From the IMG/VR virus record IMGVR_UViG_3300020037_002418: 64,000 bases of DNA; one strand, written 5' to 3'. Under the pieces are notes generated by a model. The model was not told the DNA's origin. It made no database searches and was given only the letters and a program-made list of their open reading frames with translations. Both the position numbers and the translations under genes were made by a program. This DNA comes from an uncultured virus (IMG/VR IMGVR_UViG_3300020037_002418). Taxonomy: Duplodnaviria; Heunggongvirae; Uroviricota; Caudoviricetes. This document shows positions 27,643 to 37,800 of the stretch, piece after piece. How positions within the stretch are numbered: the stretch's first letter is position 1; every line of letters starts with the position of its first letter.

Positions 27643-29085
27643 CTACTTAATCACAACAGTAATGGGCGAAGGTTCCAGCCAGACTTGTTGCCCGTGGTTG
27701 CTGCTGATCACGAACGTGCCCGCCACTTTCGACATGAACTTGAAAGTCCCACTGCGGCTTTGCTTAGTTGCAGAATCGGTCAGATTCACAGCGGCGACGT
27801 TAATCTCAGTCTCGCTCTTGCCGTTCGATGCGGGATAGACATTCCCTGAGTAGTTGCGGTCGGTTGGCGGATACTTCGCCACCGTGAACGTCAGCACTTC
27901 ACCCGGATTGCCCGTCGTCGGGCCGTCAATCGTGTAGCAGGGATGTTGTTTGACGACTTCAAAGGCACTAATCGGGATCGTCTGCAAGGCTGCCAGCGAC
28001 TCCGGTTCCCACCGATCATCGGTGATTCCGCCCAGGAACGGCCCGTAAGCCAAGCCGCCTCCGGTAATGTCTGAGTTGATAATCCCGTAGTTCCGCATCG
28101 CTTCGAGGATGACGCGGGCTTGGCCGCTGAACTTTCCTTTGTTGGCGTCGTACCATTCGGACGTGAGGCGAACCCTCGCCCCGAAACAGAGCAAGCCCCA
28201 ACCACTAGCGGCGTGCCGCGCTGGCCACACATACTTGCTTTTGCAGACGCCAGCCGGGAACGTAGCCCGTAAGCAGTGCTTGATTTCACCGCTCGCTACT
28301 TCGTCGTATCGCAGCAGCAAGGGCAGGATGAACAGACCGGCAGCGTCACACGATGTCCAGTCGGCTTGGCGGGGCAACTTCGCACCCTGCCGAAAGTCAA
28401 ACACTGCTCCACTGCCGCCCTTCCATGTTGGGCCGCGTGGGTCGCTTTTATCCAGCCACGTTTTATAGGTTTCACTGAGCTTGACGATTTCTCCTGTCGC
28501 TTCATCCACGCTGAGAATCAGTTGGTGCTGGTCGCCATCGGGCTTCACCGAAACATCTGCTCCGGGCGACAAGCCTTCCCATGATCCATCTATCAGGATT
28601 GGGTATGGCACGTTGTCAGACTCGTCTTTGTAGTACCACTCCGGGGTGACTTCGGGCGTCTTGCTCGACGAGGCAACATTGATGGGAATGCCATAGCGGC
28701 CGTTGCTCGTGGTCCCCTTGCCAGTCGCTGAAAAATCGACGTGTATCTTCGGGTCGCCATAGGCTTTCCAATCGCCGATGATCTTGGCCGAGTCGGCGTC
28801 AATCGGATCGGCGATGATCGGACGGGCAAACTCCGCCAGCCATGCGTTTCCACGGTCGAAGAAATTAACCTTCGACAGGTCGGGGCAGATATTGCCGGCT
28901 GCGGTGCCGTTGCTGGAAGCTGTGCCAGACTTTCCCAGGATGATAGCTGGCGGAGTCGGTATCGGTGGCTCTGGCGTTGGCGGCACGGGCGAATCAAACG
29001 AGGCGATCCAAGCGACGAACGCAGTCAACATCACGCCAAGGCCGGCTGCGATGGCTTTCAGGAATGTTTTGGTAGCGGGATTCAT
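27643..29085 (-). CDS. membrane-anchored or secreted protein of a conserved bacterial family
   Basis: N-terminal TM plus Pro linker; WTSCDAAGL...LRYDEV..GEIKH.LR...YVWPA.H...GARVRL...A.VIL.AM..YG motif set. Confidence 0.6.
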   Translation of the reverse strand: MNPATKTFLKAIAAGLGVMLTAFVAWIASFDSPVPPTPEPPIPTPPAIILGKSGTASSNGTAAGNICPDLSKVNFFDRGNAWLAEFARPIIADPIDADSAKIIGDWKAYGDPKIHVDFSATGKGTTSNGRYGIPINVASSSKTPEVTPEWYYKDESDNVPYPILIDGSWEGLSPGADVSVKPDGDQHQLILSVDEATGEIVKLSETYKTWLDKSDPRGPTWKGGSGAVFDFRQGAKLPRQADWTSCDAAGLFILPLLLRYDEVASGEIKHCLRATFPAGVCKSKYVWPARHAASGWGLLCFGARVRLTSEWYDANKGKFSGQARVILEAMRNYGIINSDITGGGLAYGPFLGGITDDRWEPESLAALQTIPISAFEVVKQHPCYTIDGPTTGNPGEVLTFTVAKYPPTDRNYSGNVYPASNGKSETEINVAAVNLTDSATKQSRSGTFKFMSKVAGTFVISSNHGQQVWLEPSPITVVIK

Positions 29086-29128
29086 TGGGTTCAATGCGGT
29101 TTTTCGCTGGATTTGGGGTCCAGGGCGC

Positions 29129-29488
29129 TTAGCTCTTGCAGACCACGGTGGCGGTGCCGTTGGCTCCAGCACTCACGATCTTCAGGAACGGGAAGGCGAA
29201 GCAAGCGTCCGGGATTGGGACCCATGTATTCTGGGTGACTGCCTGGGTAGCAGCCGCTGACGTGGCTGCATTGTCGTAGATGGCATTGAAGGTGGTGCCG
29301 TCATAGGAGCCGTGCCAAGTGAAGTTAGTCACACTGGCTGGCACTAAGACCGAGCCCCCCGCCCAGCCGGAGAACATCAGGACATCAGCCGACCCAATGG
29401 TAGCGTGGACGGCTAAGGTGCATTGGCCGCACTTGCGGACAATCTTACCGGCCTGAGAGCAGATCACGTCCGGGGACTTAAGAGCCAT
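29129..29488 (-). CDS. small virion protein
   Basis: Beta-rich 119 aa in the late operon. Confidence 0.55.
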   Translation of the reverse strand: MALKSPDVICSQAGKIVRKCGQCTLAVHATIGSADVLMFSGWAGGSVLVPASVTNFTWHGSYDGTTFNAIYDNAATSAAATQAVTQNTWVPIPDACFAFPFLKIVSAGANGTATVVCKS

Positions 29489-29505
29489 TTGTTGCTTCCT
29501 TGCGG

Positions 29506-29856
29506 TTAATCGGCACCCATGTAACGGGCCACGTAGGAGATCCTTCTCCTACCGATGCGGTCCCCTGAGCCAGTGGCCAGCACCTCTAAGATATAAGTTG
29601 TACCAGATGTCAGGCTAACCCCATCCTCCAACGTGCCCCTATAGCAACCCTGGGAGCCGGTAATGTACGAGCAGGTGCCACTGCCTCCCGAGACGGCAGA
29701 AGTGCCGTCGGACTGATACAGCGTGAAGGTGACCGTGGCGGAGTTATCAAAGGAGCCGAGGTTGTTGTCGTACAGGCCCGTTCCCTGCTCATCAACGGAG
29801 CCCCACTCGACAAGATTGTCTTGTCCGATGTACAGATTGCCGCCCCTTATCGCCAT
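29506..29856 (-). CDS. small virion protein (Ig/BppU-like)
   Basis: ATVTFTLY...GTC...G.Y.G...LTSGTTYILEV. Confidence 0.5.
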   Translation of the reverse strand: MAIRGGNLYIGQDNLVEWGSVDEQGTGLYDNNLGSFDNSATVTFTLYQSDGTSAVSGGSGTCSYITGSQGCYRGTLEDGVSLTSGTTYILEVLATGSGDRIGRRRISYVARYMGAD

Positions 29857-29857
29857 C

Positions 29858-30469
29858 CTAGCCTCTCAATCTGGCTTTCCCTGCCATGTATTCCCGAAGC
29901 CCTACTTTACCAGAATAAAGGGGCCGGAGCCCAGCCTTTCCGGAATAGTTGCCGGCCGACCTGGAGGCAGTAGTGTAGTTCACCGACAAGCGAATGGCGT
30001 CGATAAAAGCGGTGACGGTCAAACTGTCAGCGTCATAGAATGTGGTGGCCACGGTGAGCCCCGACGTAGCCGACTGAAGCACAGTCACGGTTGGAAGGGA
30101 TGTTGTCCTAGTGAGCGTCTCGGATGTCAGGGTGTCCGTCCAGTAAGCTGGCACGCTCTCATTGAAGAGCGACGTGATGGTGCCGTTCTCGACGAGGTAG
30201 GCCACCGTCTGGTTCGTAAAGTTGCGGTCAGACTTCCGGTTGAGGATCAAAGAAACGCTATTGATGGTGTCTGAGTCATTGATGGCCGACAGGTCGAATC
30301 CCACAGCCTTAATGGCGTGGCTGGTGATCGTAGTCGAATGCGGAACCACGGCAGCCGAAGTCGTGAACACCCCGTCCAGGGCCAGGGCGTTATTGACGTT
30401 AGTCCAGCCAGAGGTGCCGGCATCCGACAAGACCGTCACGGTGGTTGGATAGGCAGTGATCGTGGGCAT
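29858..30469 (-). CDS. virion structural protein
   Basis: WTNVNNALA.DG...GFDLS.I....TINSV...DAIRLSVNY beta-sandwich pattern. Confidence 0.55.
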   Translation of the reverse strand: MPTITAYPTTVTVLSDAGTSGWTNVNNALALDGVFTTSAAVVPHSTTITSHAIKAVGFDLSAINDSDTINSVSLILNRKSDRNFTNQTVAYLVENGTITSLFNESVPAYWTDTLTSETLTRTTSLPTVTVLQSATSGLTVATTFYDADSLTVTAFIDAIRLSVNYTTASRSAGNYSGKAGLRPLYSGKVGLREYMAGKARLRG

Positions 30470-30800
30470 TACGACTCGATCTTCAGCTCCACCGAGCCGT
30501 TAGGGAGCTTGTTAGTCACCGCACAGAGGGAGCGGCCGTAATCCAGGTCGTTCCGGGTGAAGATCCGTTTCGTGAAGCGGACTTGGCAGCTACCAATCCG
30601 GTCCCGTAGGCAGTCGGCTTCCTCGGATAAGAGGGCGATGACGGCTAGTAGGTCAGCGGACTTCGGGATGGTTTCGACTTCCATGCCTAGAGACTCCTGG
30701 GGGTCATGGTAACAGAAAGGCCCCGGAATGTCGTCACTCACTCCGGGGCCCTATGACGGCCCAATAGTGGCAAGGAGGGACCACTTTAGGGCTAAGGCAT

Positions 30801-31181
30801 TTAGGGGTGGGGCTTCGCTTCTCTCCAGGCACCAGCACGCTGGTCATCCCGGATCTGCTGAAGGATTGTAGTCGTTTGCTTCTGCTGGTCTACGAGGGTC
30901 GTGAGGGTACTGGCTTGGGTGGTTTGTACCGCAGTCATCTGCTGCATGGCTTGGGCGGCAGTGGCGTGGGTGCTGGCGTTCATCTCGTTCGTCTTAATGA
31001 CGCTCTGCATGAAGGCCTTCTGGTCGTCTCTCATAGGCACGATGATCTGCGTGGCTAAGAACCACATCAGACCCAGAGCGATGAACGTCGCGAACCCGAA
31101 CTTCGCAATAAAGGCAATCCACGAGTCCGGGATAGAGAAAGCAGCGGGGCTATACTCGTTTTGGGCGGCTTCCGTTGTCAT
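30801..31181 (-). CDS. single-TM coiled-coil protein (holin- or spanin-like)
   Basis: FIAKFGFATFIALGLMWFL TM followed by a Gln/Thr coiled coil. Confidence 0.55.
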   Translation of the reverse strand: MTTEAAQNEYSPAAFSIPDSWIAFIAKFGFATFIALGLMWFLATQIIVPMRDDQKAFMQSVIKTNEMNASTHATAAQAMQQMTAVQTTQASTLTTLVDQQKQTTTILQQIRDDQRAGAWREAKPHP

Positions 31182-31359
31182 TGAATACTCGCACTTCTAG
31201 CCTCTCGGCATCAGCATCCCTTAAGCAACCACAGAAGAATGATTCGTGTCACCCACCAGAACACTGCACTTGAGTACTGCCCCCAAGTCCTACGGATCGG
31301 CACCACGTCGGGTGGACGTAGCCTGTCTCGTAGCCAGTTGACTAGGGGGCGATCCTTCT

Positions 31360-31809
31360 TCACAACAGCCTCACGAGCGGGTTCAGCCAGAAGTTATTCC
31401 AGCCACTTAGAACGCAGAAGTTCCGGTTGAACTTCCCGTCGTGGTGCAGGTGGTGATTTTCGGGCGAGGCGATAACCCTATAGGCTTGTAGGAATCGCAG
31501 GACGCGGTGTACTGCTGGGCTGCGGCTGCGTCGATGGGCGTAATAGTGCGGTACTTGGGCGAGCATGAGGAAGCTGCCGAAGGCGGCAATGAACGGCGAC
31601 CAGAGCCAGCAGCCGACGCACAGGATCAGGAGTCCTCCAGGCATTGGTTGCCAGTCGAACTCGACCATGTTCAGTGGGTCTTCGTGATGTTCTCGGAACT
31701 TCCGTACCATGTCAGGCGTATTCCACCCGTAGTCAGTGAAGCAGTGGTAAATGCCAACCAAGGCGTCCATGACCACGTAGGCGGCTAGGATTTCCAGGAA
31801 GGCGATCAC
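31360..31809 (-). CDS. CarF/TMEM189 (Kua, FAD4-like) lipid desaturase family protein
   Basis: GIYHCFTD, FREHH.DP, QVPHYYAH, HHLHH and NFCVLSGW.N..L motifs. Confidence 0.8.
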   Translation of the reverse strand: MIAFLEILAAYVVMDALVGIYHCFTDYGWNTPDMVRKFREHHEDPLNMVEFDWQPMPGGLLILCVGCWLWSPFIAAFGSFLMLAQVPHYYAHRRSRSPAVHRVLRFLQAYRVIASPENHHLHHDGKFNRNFCVLSGWNNFWLNPLVRLL

Positions 31810-32156
31810 AGTCTCCCCCTAAAGATCCGGAAGCTACGGGTGGGACCACAGCCGTTGGGCCCACACGAGCTGTATTGCTGGCCGAAGGTGGTGCGAGCCA
31901 CAGGCTGGGCAGGAGGCTTAACGACCGTACTGACGGGATGCTCCACCTTCTTCTCGGGCTCGCATACGCAGTCCACACACTTACAGACTTCGCATTTACA
32001 GTCAGGAGCTACGACTTTGACCACCTCTTGGATGGGAGCCGCCTCAATCACGGGGGCTGGAGTCACTTCCACAACGGGAGCTGGCTTGGGGGGACTCGAT
32101 AGTCCGCAAGCGACCATGCCGAGGGTGATCAGGAGTAGGAAGGGGATCTGTTTCAT
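31806..32156 (-). CDS. Cys-rich lipoprotein
   Basis: Signal peptide with MVAC lipobox; CKCEVCKCVDCVC and SCGPNGC. Confidence 0.6.
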   Translation of the reverse strand: MKQIPFLLLITLGMVACGLSSPPKPAPVVEVTPAPVIEAAPIQEVVKVVAPDCKCEVCKCVDCVCEPEKKVEHPVSTVVKPPAQPVARTTFGQQYSSCGPNGCGPTRSFRIFRGRL

Positions 32157-32159
32157 GGA

Positions 32160-32960
32160 TTATGCCGCCTTAGATGGGGTGACCTGACGGAATGCAAAAC
32201 CGCCACTGGGGGTGCCGCGTCCTTCACGGAAGATGGCGTACCCACCGACACCGTATTCATTCTTGTCGCCGTAGCCTTCGCCCCAGTTGTTGCGGATCTT
32301 AAAGCCGTAGCTGCCCGACTCGATTTCAACGAGGTCTGTGAGCATCACCACATGCGACCACCAGTTGTAGGAAACGGTGCATGGGTAACCGAGAAGCAGA
32401 GCGGTGGCGAATTCATCGAAGCCGTCACACTCGTACGACTCTAGGGACTTATGGAGGAGGCGGTTGGCTTCGATCTCAGGACCACTGTGGCGGCTGGGGT
32501 CGGTGTATCCCCAGAGCTTCACATCCACTCCACCGTATTTTGTGAGGTAGTTAACGGCGTTGCCTTCATAGCCACCTGAACGGCCTCCGCTAATGGGTAC
32601 GGCCAGAGACATCGCTGAGATACGGACATAGTTCTCCATGCCCATCTGCATGACACGGGCTGTGGCATAGGCCTGGCAGGTTCCGGCTGCCCAGCAGGTG
32701 GGGAAGCTGCCCTGGTTGTCGCACTGCCACCGCTGGTGATCGCTGATCCGACGCTTGCGTGCGACCTGCTCCTTAATTCGGGCTGGCCACTCACTGCGGG
32801 GGATCGTGGGGACTTCCGACCCGAATACCTTGGAATACTCTTGGGCGTTGTGGCCTTCTGGCTTGGGTTGGGCCGACAGCAAGAACGTGTCAGTGCCGAT
32901 CTTTACCTGTTGGCCGTCGCCGATCTGATCTTTCCAGTTACTTTCGTCAACGATAAGCAT
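32160..32960 (-). CDS. papain-like (C1) cysteine peptidase
   Basis: NQGSFPTCWA (Gln/Cys), WSHVV (His), IRNNWG (Asn). Confidence 0.85.
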   Translation of the reverse strand: MLIVDESNWKDQIGDGQQVKIGTDTFLLSAQPKPEGHNAQEYSKVFGSEVPTIPRSEWPARIKEQVARKRRISDHQRWQCDNQGSFPTCWAAGTCQAYATARVMQMGMENYVRISAMSLAVPISGGRSGGYEGNAVNYLTKYGGVDVKLWGYTDPSRHSGPEIEANRLLHKSLESYECDGFDEFATALLLGYPCTVSYNWWSHVVMLTDLVEIESGSYGFKIRNNWGEGYGDKNEYGVGGYAIFREGRGTPSGGFAFRQVTPSKAA

Positions 32961-33370
32961 TACAGGCCTCCTACCTTCTTCAAGACTTCGGCTTCGGTGG
33001 CCATCGGGATGCTGAACCCGCTCTTTGTGTTGGCTCCGGCGATCCACGGCGGCGGATTGGCGGAGACCTTGGGAAAGGCTTCTTTCACCCAGTCATCCGC
33101 CTTCTCTAGGGCACTGGCATTGTCCTTGTCGAGGACGAAGAACCGGCCGCCCTTACTCTCAACGGCTACCTTCACGGACTTGGGGTCAGTGGACTGGATG
33201 ATGTTGAGCTGATCGGAAGTGTACTTACCACGCTCCGATGACTCTTCCACGACCAGGACCGAGAGCTTATCAGTCTTGAATGGGGCTGATGGTGACAGGG
33301 GGGAGCCGCCGCCGAGCAGCAACAGCCCGATCCCAAAGACCATCAGCCATAGGAAGTTTCCACCCTTCAC
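32960..33370 (-). CDS. membrane-anchored hypothetical protein
   Basis: N-terminal TM; coupled to the peptidase gene. Confidence 0.55.
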   Translation of the reverse strand: MKGGNFLWLMVFGIGLLLLGGGSPLSPSAPFKTDKLSVLVVEESSERGKYTSDQLNIIQSTDPKSVKVAVESKGGRFFVLDKDNASALEKADDWVKEAFPKVSANPPPWIAGANTKSGFSIPMATEAEVLKKVGGL

Positions 33371-33372
33371 GG

Positions 33373-33627
33373 TTAGGCCTCGTGGTAAAAGTGGGCGAGG
33401 CACACCTGGACCGCTGCCTTACCTTCGGGGCAATTCATGCGGACGTATCGCTTCTGAAGACGGGTCAGGGCCTGGAAGTCGGCCGCATCGTCGTCAGGCG
33501 GTGCCGAGGAGGTCTTGATGGTCGGCACAAACGAGAGCAGTGCCTGACGGTTGGTGTACAAGATGCCGAGGACACCGGCTGCCAGGAGCCCGAAGGCTGC
33601 TAGATGGTTGAGGTCGAATCCGAACAT
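33373..33627 (-). CDS. small membrane protein
   Basis: N-terminal TM helix. Confidence 0.55.
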   Translation of the reverse strand: MFGFDLNHLAAFGLLAAGVLGILYTNRQALLSFVPTIKTSSAPPDDDAADFQALTRLQKRYVRMNCPEGKAAVQVCLAHFYHEA

Positions 33628-33861
33628 TTAATCTAACCCCTTAATAGCTTGCTCCAGCCAGTGTCCCAGCAGGTCAAAGGCCAGGTTCAGACACACGACT
33701 ACAGCAAAGAAGTTGGCGGCTACGTTAGGTGCCAGATGCCATAAGCCAGTGACGTAGAGAGCCACCGCCAGAGCCGAGACGCCGTTCACGTAGAAGGCCG
33801 GCGACGTCAGGGGCAGTTTGCCTGCTAAGAAGCTCAAAAGCCAAGAAAAAAAAGCTGTCAC
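33628..33861 (-). CDS. small multi-TM protein (holin candidate)
   Basis: AAGGAGG RBS before GTG 33861; 2-3 hydrophobic helices. Confidence 0.5.
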   Translation of the reverse strand: MTAFFSWLLSFLAGKLPLTSPAFYVNGVSALAVALYVTGLWHLAPNVAANFFAVVVCLNLAFDLLGHWLEQAIKGLD

Positions 33862-33969
33862 TGACTGGCCTCCTTGCCATGAACAGATGCAGAATAAGTA
33901 CGAAAAGAAGTATGTCAGCTTGCCGATTGTAAAGCAAACACAATTAACGCACACCACCCAGTTGAGGGA

Positions 33970-34350
33970 TTGAAAATGAAACCAGATGCTTACAAAAACC
34001 TCAGCGAATGCCGGGTTCGGACAGGGCCGATGGCCAGTGACGACGACATTGGCAACAACGGGGCGTTTATGATCCCGTCTCCCTATGGAAATATGAAGTC
34101 CATGATGGCAGTGATCGTCAGTGACCAGGAAGGCTGGGACCATGTGTCGGTTTCGCTCCAGAACCGGTGCCCAACCTGGAACGAGATGTGTGTCGTCAAG
34201 GACTTGTTCTTCGAGCCCGAGGAGGCGGTCATGCAGCTCCATCCGCCTAAGTCTGACTACGTGAACTGCCACCCGCACTGTTTACACATGTGGCGTTGTC
34301 ACAACCGCAGCATTCCCCTTCCCCCGAGCCTGATGGTAGGTCCCAAATGA
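33970..34350 (+). CDS. conserved phage protein
   Basis: GWDHVSVS...RCPTWNEMC.VKDLFF...QLHPP...YVN.HP.CLH.W. Confidence 0.8.
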   Translation: MKMKPDAYKNLSECRVRTGPMASDDDIGNNGAFMIPSPYGNMKSMMAVIVSDQEGWDHVSVSLQNRCPTWNEMCVVKDLFFEPEEAVMQLHPPKSDYVNCHPHCLHMWRCHNRSIPLPPSLMVGPK

Positions 34351-34890
34351 AACACGCCAGCTATGACATTGAGTCCGTCACCCCTGACGCCGTACGGATC
34401 AGGGACATGGGTCCGTGGAACGACCACCGGACGATCACCAACGACGTAGAGTGGGTGGTCGAGCAGATCTATGCTGCCGGCTACCTACGTGGGAAGCAGC
34501 GGCTCCTCTATTGGGACTCCCACGACAAGCTGGATGAGATTGAGCACTTGAACGGTAGGTTCATTGGCTTTCACTATATGGATTCCCCCTGATATGGGGG
34601 GTTTCGGCCAAGGATGGCCGTTTTGAATTAGTCGAAATCTATAGAAGGACCGACACATGTTCTGGCAATGCGAGCTAGTTGAGCAGCCCGTTCGTGATGT
34701 GCCGTACTTTAGTGAGACGATCCTGGTGGAATGGGTGCCTGAGAAGTTTGCCCGAGTGGGCCAGCTCGTTTCCATTAAGGGCCGCATCTGGCAGGTACGC
34801 TCCATCCACCAATCCGACCCCGAGCCCCGCAGTGCCCACATGAAGCGACAGCATGAAGGCAGGGGCAAGACCGTCATTGACGAGTGGTGA

Positions 34891-37800
34891 CTACTTCTTC
34901 TTCCGGGTCTTGGAGCGTTCTTCGAGGAGGCGGCGAAGGGCTTGCATCTTCTGGTAGTCGGCTAGCTCCTTAGGAGAGAGCTCGGCTTGAGCGTCTTTCG
35001 GTAGGAACGTATCCGAGAAGGTGCGGGCTCCCATCTGCTTCTCGATCTGACTGATCCGGCTTCGCAGCTCTTTGTCTTGGGCAGCGGGGCTGACGTCCGT
35101 GGCCTTGATACCGGTGAGGAGATTCACTGCCTTGGCACCCGGTCCCTTGCGGGGGTCGGTAATGGTGCGAGCCTTATTCAGGACTCCCGACAGTGGCGAG
35201 TTGCTGAGGATGTGTTCTAGGAACTGCGGGGTCCGCACAGGTGCCTTGCTCTCACGCATCCCCGTGATCTGACCGATGTTGGAAAGGGTCTGACCTAGGG
35301 ACGGGTTTAGGTCTTCGAGCGAACGGCCACCGCCGCCAGGTCCTCGTTGGAAGAAGCTCTGGCCACTCATCATCTCCAAGGGAGCTTTAATCAGGGGATT
35401 CAAGCGGGAGGCGGCTTCCAGCATGGCGTTCTGGGGACCACCCACGAACTGAGCGGGGTCTTCGAAGCCCAGACCGAAGCCCGTGATGTAACGCTTAGCA
35501 CCTTCTTCAAGGGGAGCCATGCCGGGGATCTGCCCGACTGGTATAGCTGCCGTCTCAGCTACGTGCTGTGGCACCAGTTCGTCCTGGCTCTTAGACCGGT
35601 TCATACCCCGTAGAGCCTGGGCCAGTCGGCCACCGGGATAGTCCATCACCTGCTTCAAGGTGAAGGGGAACATGCCCTTGGAGAATGAATAGAACAGGAA
35701 GATCCGCTTCAGGAGCTGCTTCTCAAACTGGGTGTAGTTCCGGCCCCGGTAATCCACCTGGGCTTCCATTACCCGGCGAGCCGCCTCTTGAGGATGCACC
35801 CCGTCCTGGATCAAGGACCACATAGGGGCGATACGATTGAGACCTTCCGTGTACTCGGCGATCTTCTCGCCCGTAGCCGCCAAGGCGTTCTTCGTGGTCG
35901 GGGCACCACCCACTCCACGGATAGCACTCAGCGGGTTATAGGACGTGCCGGCCTTACCCATAGGGCCCTTAGCCAGTTCCCCTACTGCCCCCCACGAGAA
36001 TGGGTTGGCACCAGGGATCTGGTCTTTAATCTCACCGAGCTGGCTGCCGATGTTACCGCTGCCGTGCTGAATCTCATGGGACAGGCCCGAGCTGCCACTG
36101 GTCTCCAAGGCGTATAGCATCTCTCCCAGAATCTGAGTGGCGGTCTTGTCGTCTAGGTTCTGGATGCCACGCTCGGCTGCCATCTGGAGTAGGTGCGGGT
36201 TCTTCGCCGCCCCTTCAATGACCATGCCTTTCATGAGCTGATCGGCGTTGGTAGCCGTGCCATCAAAGATCTTCACGAGGCCGGAGATCCAGTTAGCGAA
36301 GTGGCCGCTCAAGCGGTTGCGAACGTTGTAGCGAACCGGGTCCATGTTGGTGAACACCGACCGCATGATGTTGGCGAAGTTGTCGTAGAGGTCCAGCATG
36401 GGACCGACCTCTTGGGGACCGCCCGTCCAGCCCTTTCCCATCTGGGTCAGGAAGGCGGCGGTATCAGCCGGCAGGTGGGCCTTCTCAGGGTCAGCAACGC
36501 CATGATCCTTCAGCCACTTGATGGCTCCCTTGCTGGTGCCGTCTCCGAACTCCAGGTCTAGGTTCTTAAGAACGACCGGGACTTCCACGGTGCCGGGACC
36601 GGCTGCCGTAGCGTCAGAGGCGATCCTCTCTAGGGCGATCTTGGAGGCATGGAGCTTGTCAGCCGTGCCACTCATGGAAGCTGCGAAGTCGTTCACCGGA
36701 TGGTTGGCGTAGACACCTGCCCCCAAAGCCTCCGGAGACATCTTCAGGATGGAGTCAGCGGCTGCGTGGAACGTGCTACTAGGGGCCAGTGACTTAGCCA
36801 GGGCCGGGTTATTCGCAGCCTGAATCCCGGCCATAGCGACCGTTGGCGGCACGTTCAGCTCTTTCAACTTGGCAATCTGCTCCCCGTCTAGGAACTTCTC
36901 TGGGAGGTTGCTGGAGTAGTTGTTCTTCAGGTAATCCACGAGGGCATCCCGGTCGCCAGCCGCATGGAGCTTGAGAACTTCCGGGTCCTTGTACATCTCC
37001 ATCAGGGCCTTGGTGCCGCCCTTACTGCCAAGCGTCCACGGTTCACGAGCCAGCTCAGCGGTAGTGGCCGGATCGAACAGCTTCCCAAAGCTGCCCCGCT
37101 TCTTGTTCTTACCGACTAGGCCTTCTGCCAAATGGCGGGGCCAGTACTGGGCCTGGCTACCGGCAGCGGACATCTTGTCGCTGACGTCGCCAATCTTGAC
37201 GCCCATCTGCTCCGCCAGCTTGGGGATCTTATCCACGTAGCCCCGCATCTCTTTCACAAGTGGCTGGGCTTCAGCAGGAGCGGTGTTGGGGAACTCGATC
37301 CAGTTGCGGACGGTATCCACTTCCGTCTTGGCGTGGCCCATCCGCTCCAGGTCATTGGTCCACTTAGCGGTGAGGAGGCGGTGCTCGTAGCGGGCACCCT
37401 CTTTAACGTGATGGGTCTGGTAGGCGTCTTGGAGTAGTTCGGCGTTGGTGGTCTTGCCGGCTTTGGCGTTGACGAGGTTGGCCAGATCTCCCACGGGACG
37501 GATGGCGGTGCCGGGGATCTTGGCGTGACGGAGCATATCCCCAGCTACGTCCATGCCACGGGCGATCTTCTGGCCCGTCTTACCCGCTCCGAATACTCCA
37601 GCTTCTCCGGCTGGCCAGAACGTCCCTAAGGCTCCCAGTGGGGTATCCATTTGGCCGGCTAGGTCAAATGCTCCACCCTTCTGGTTCTTGGCTACGGAGG
37701 AGAGCGTATCGAACATCTCCGGAGCGAACTCTTTGATGTGATTCGGGGTGATCCAGTTGGCCTCCCGAGGGCCCACCCAGTTGGTCCCGCTGGGGATGAA

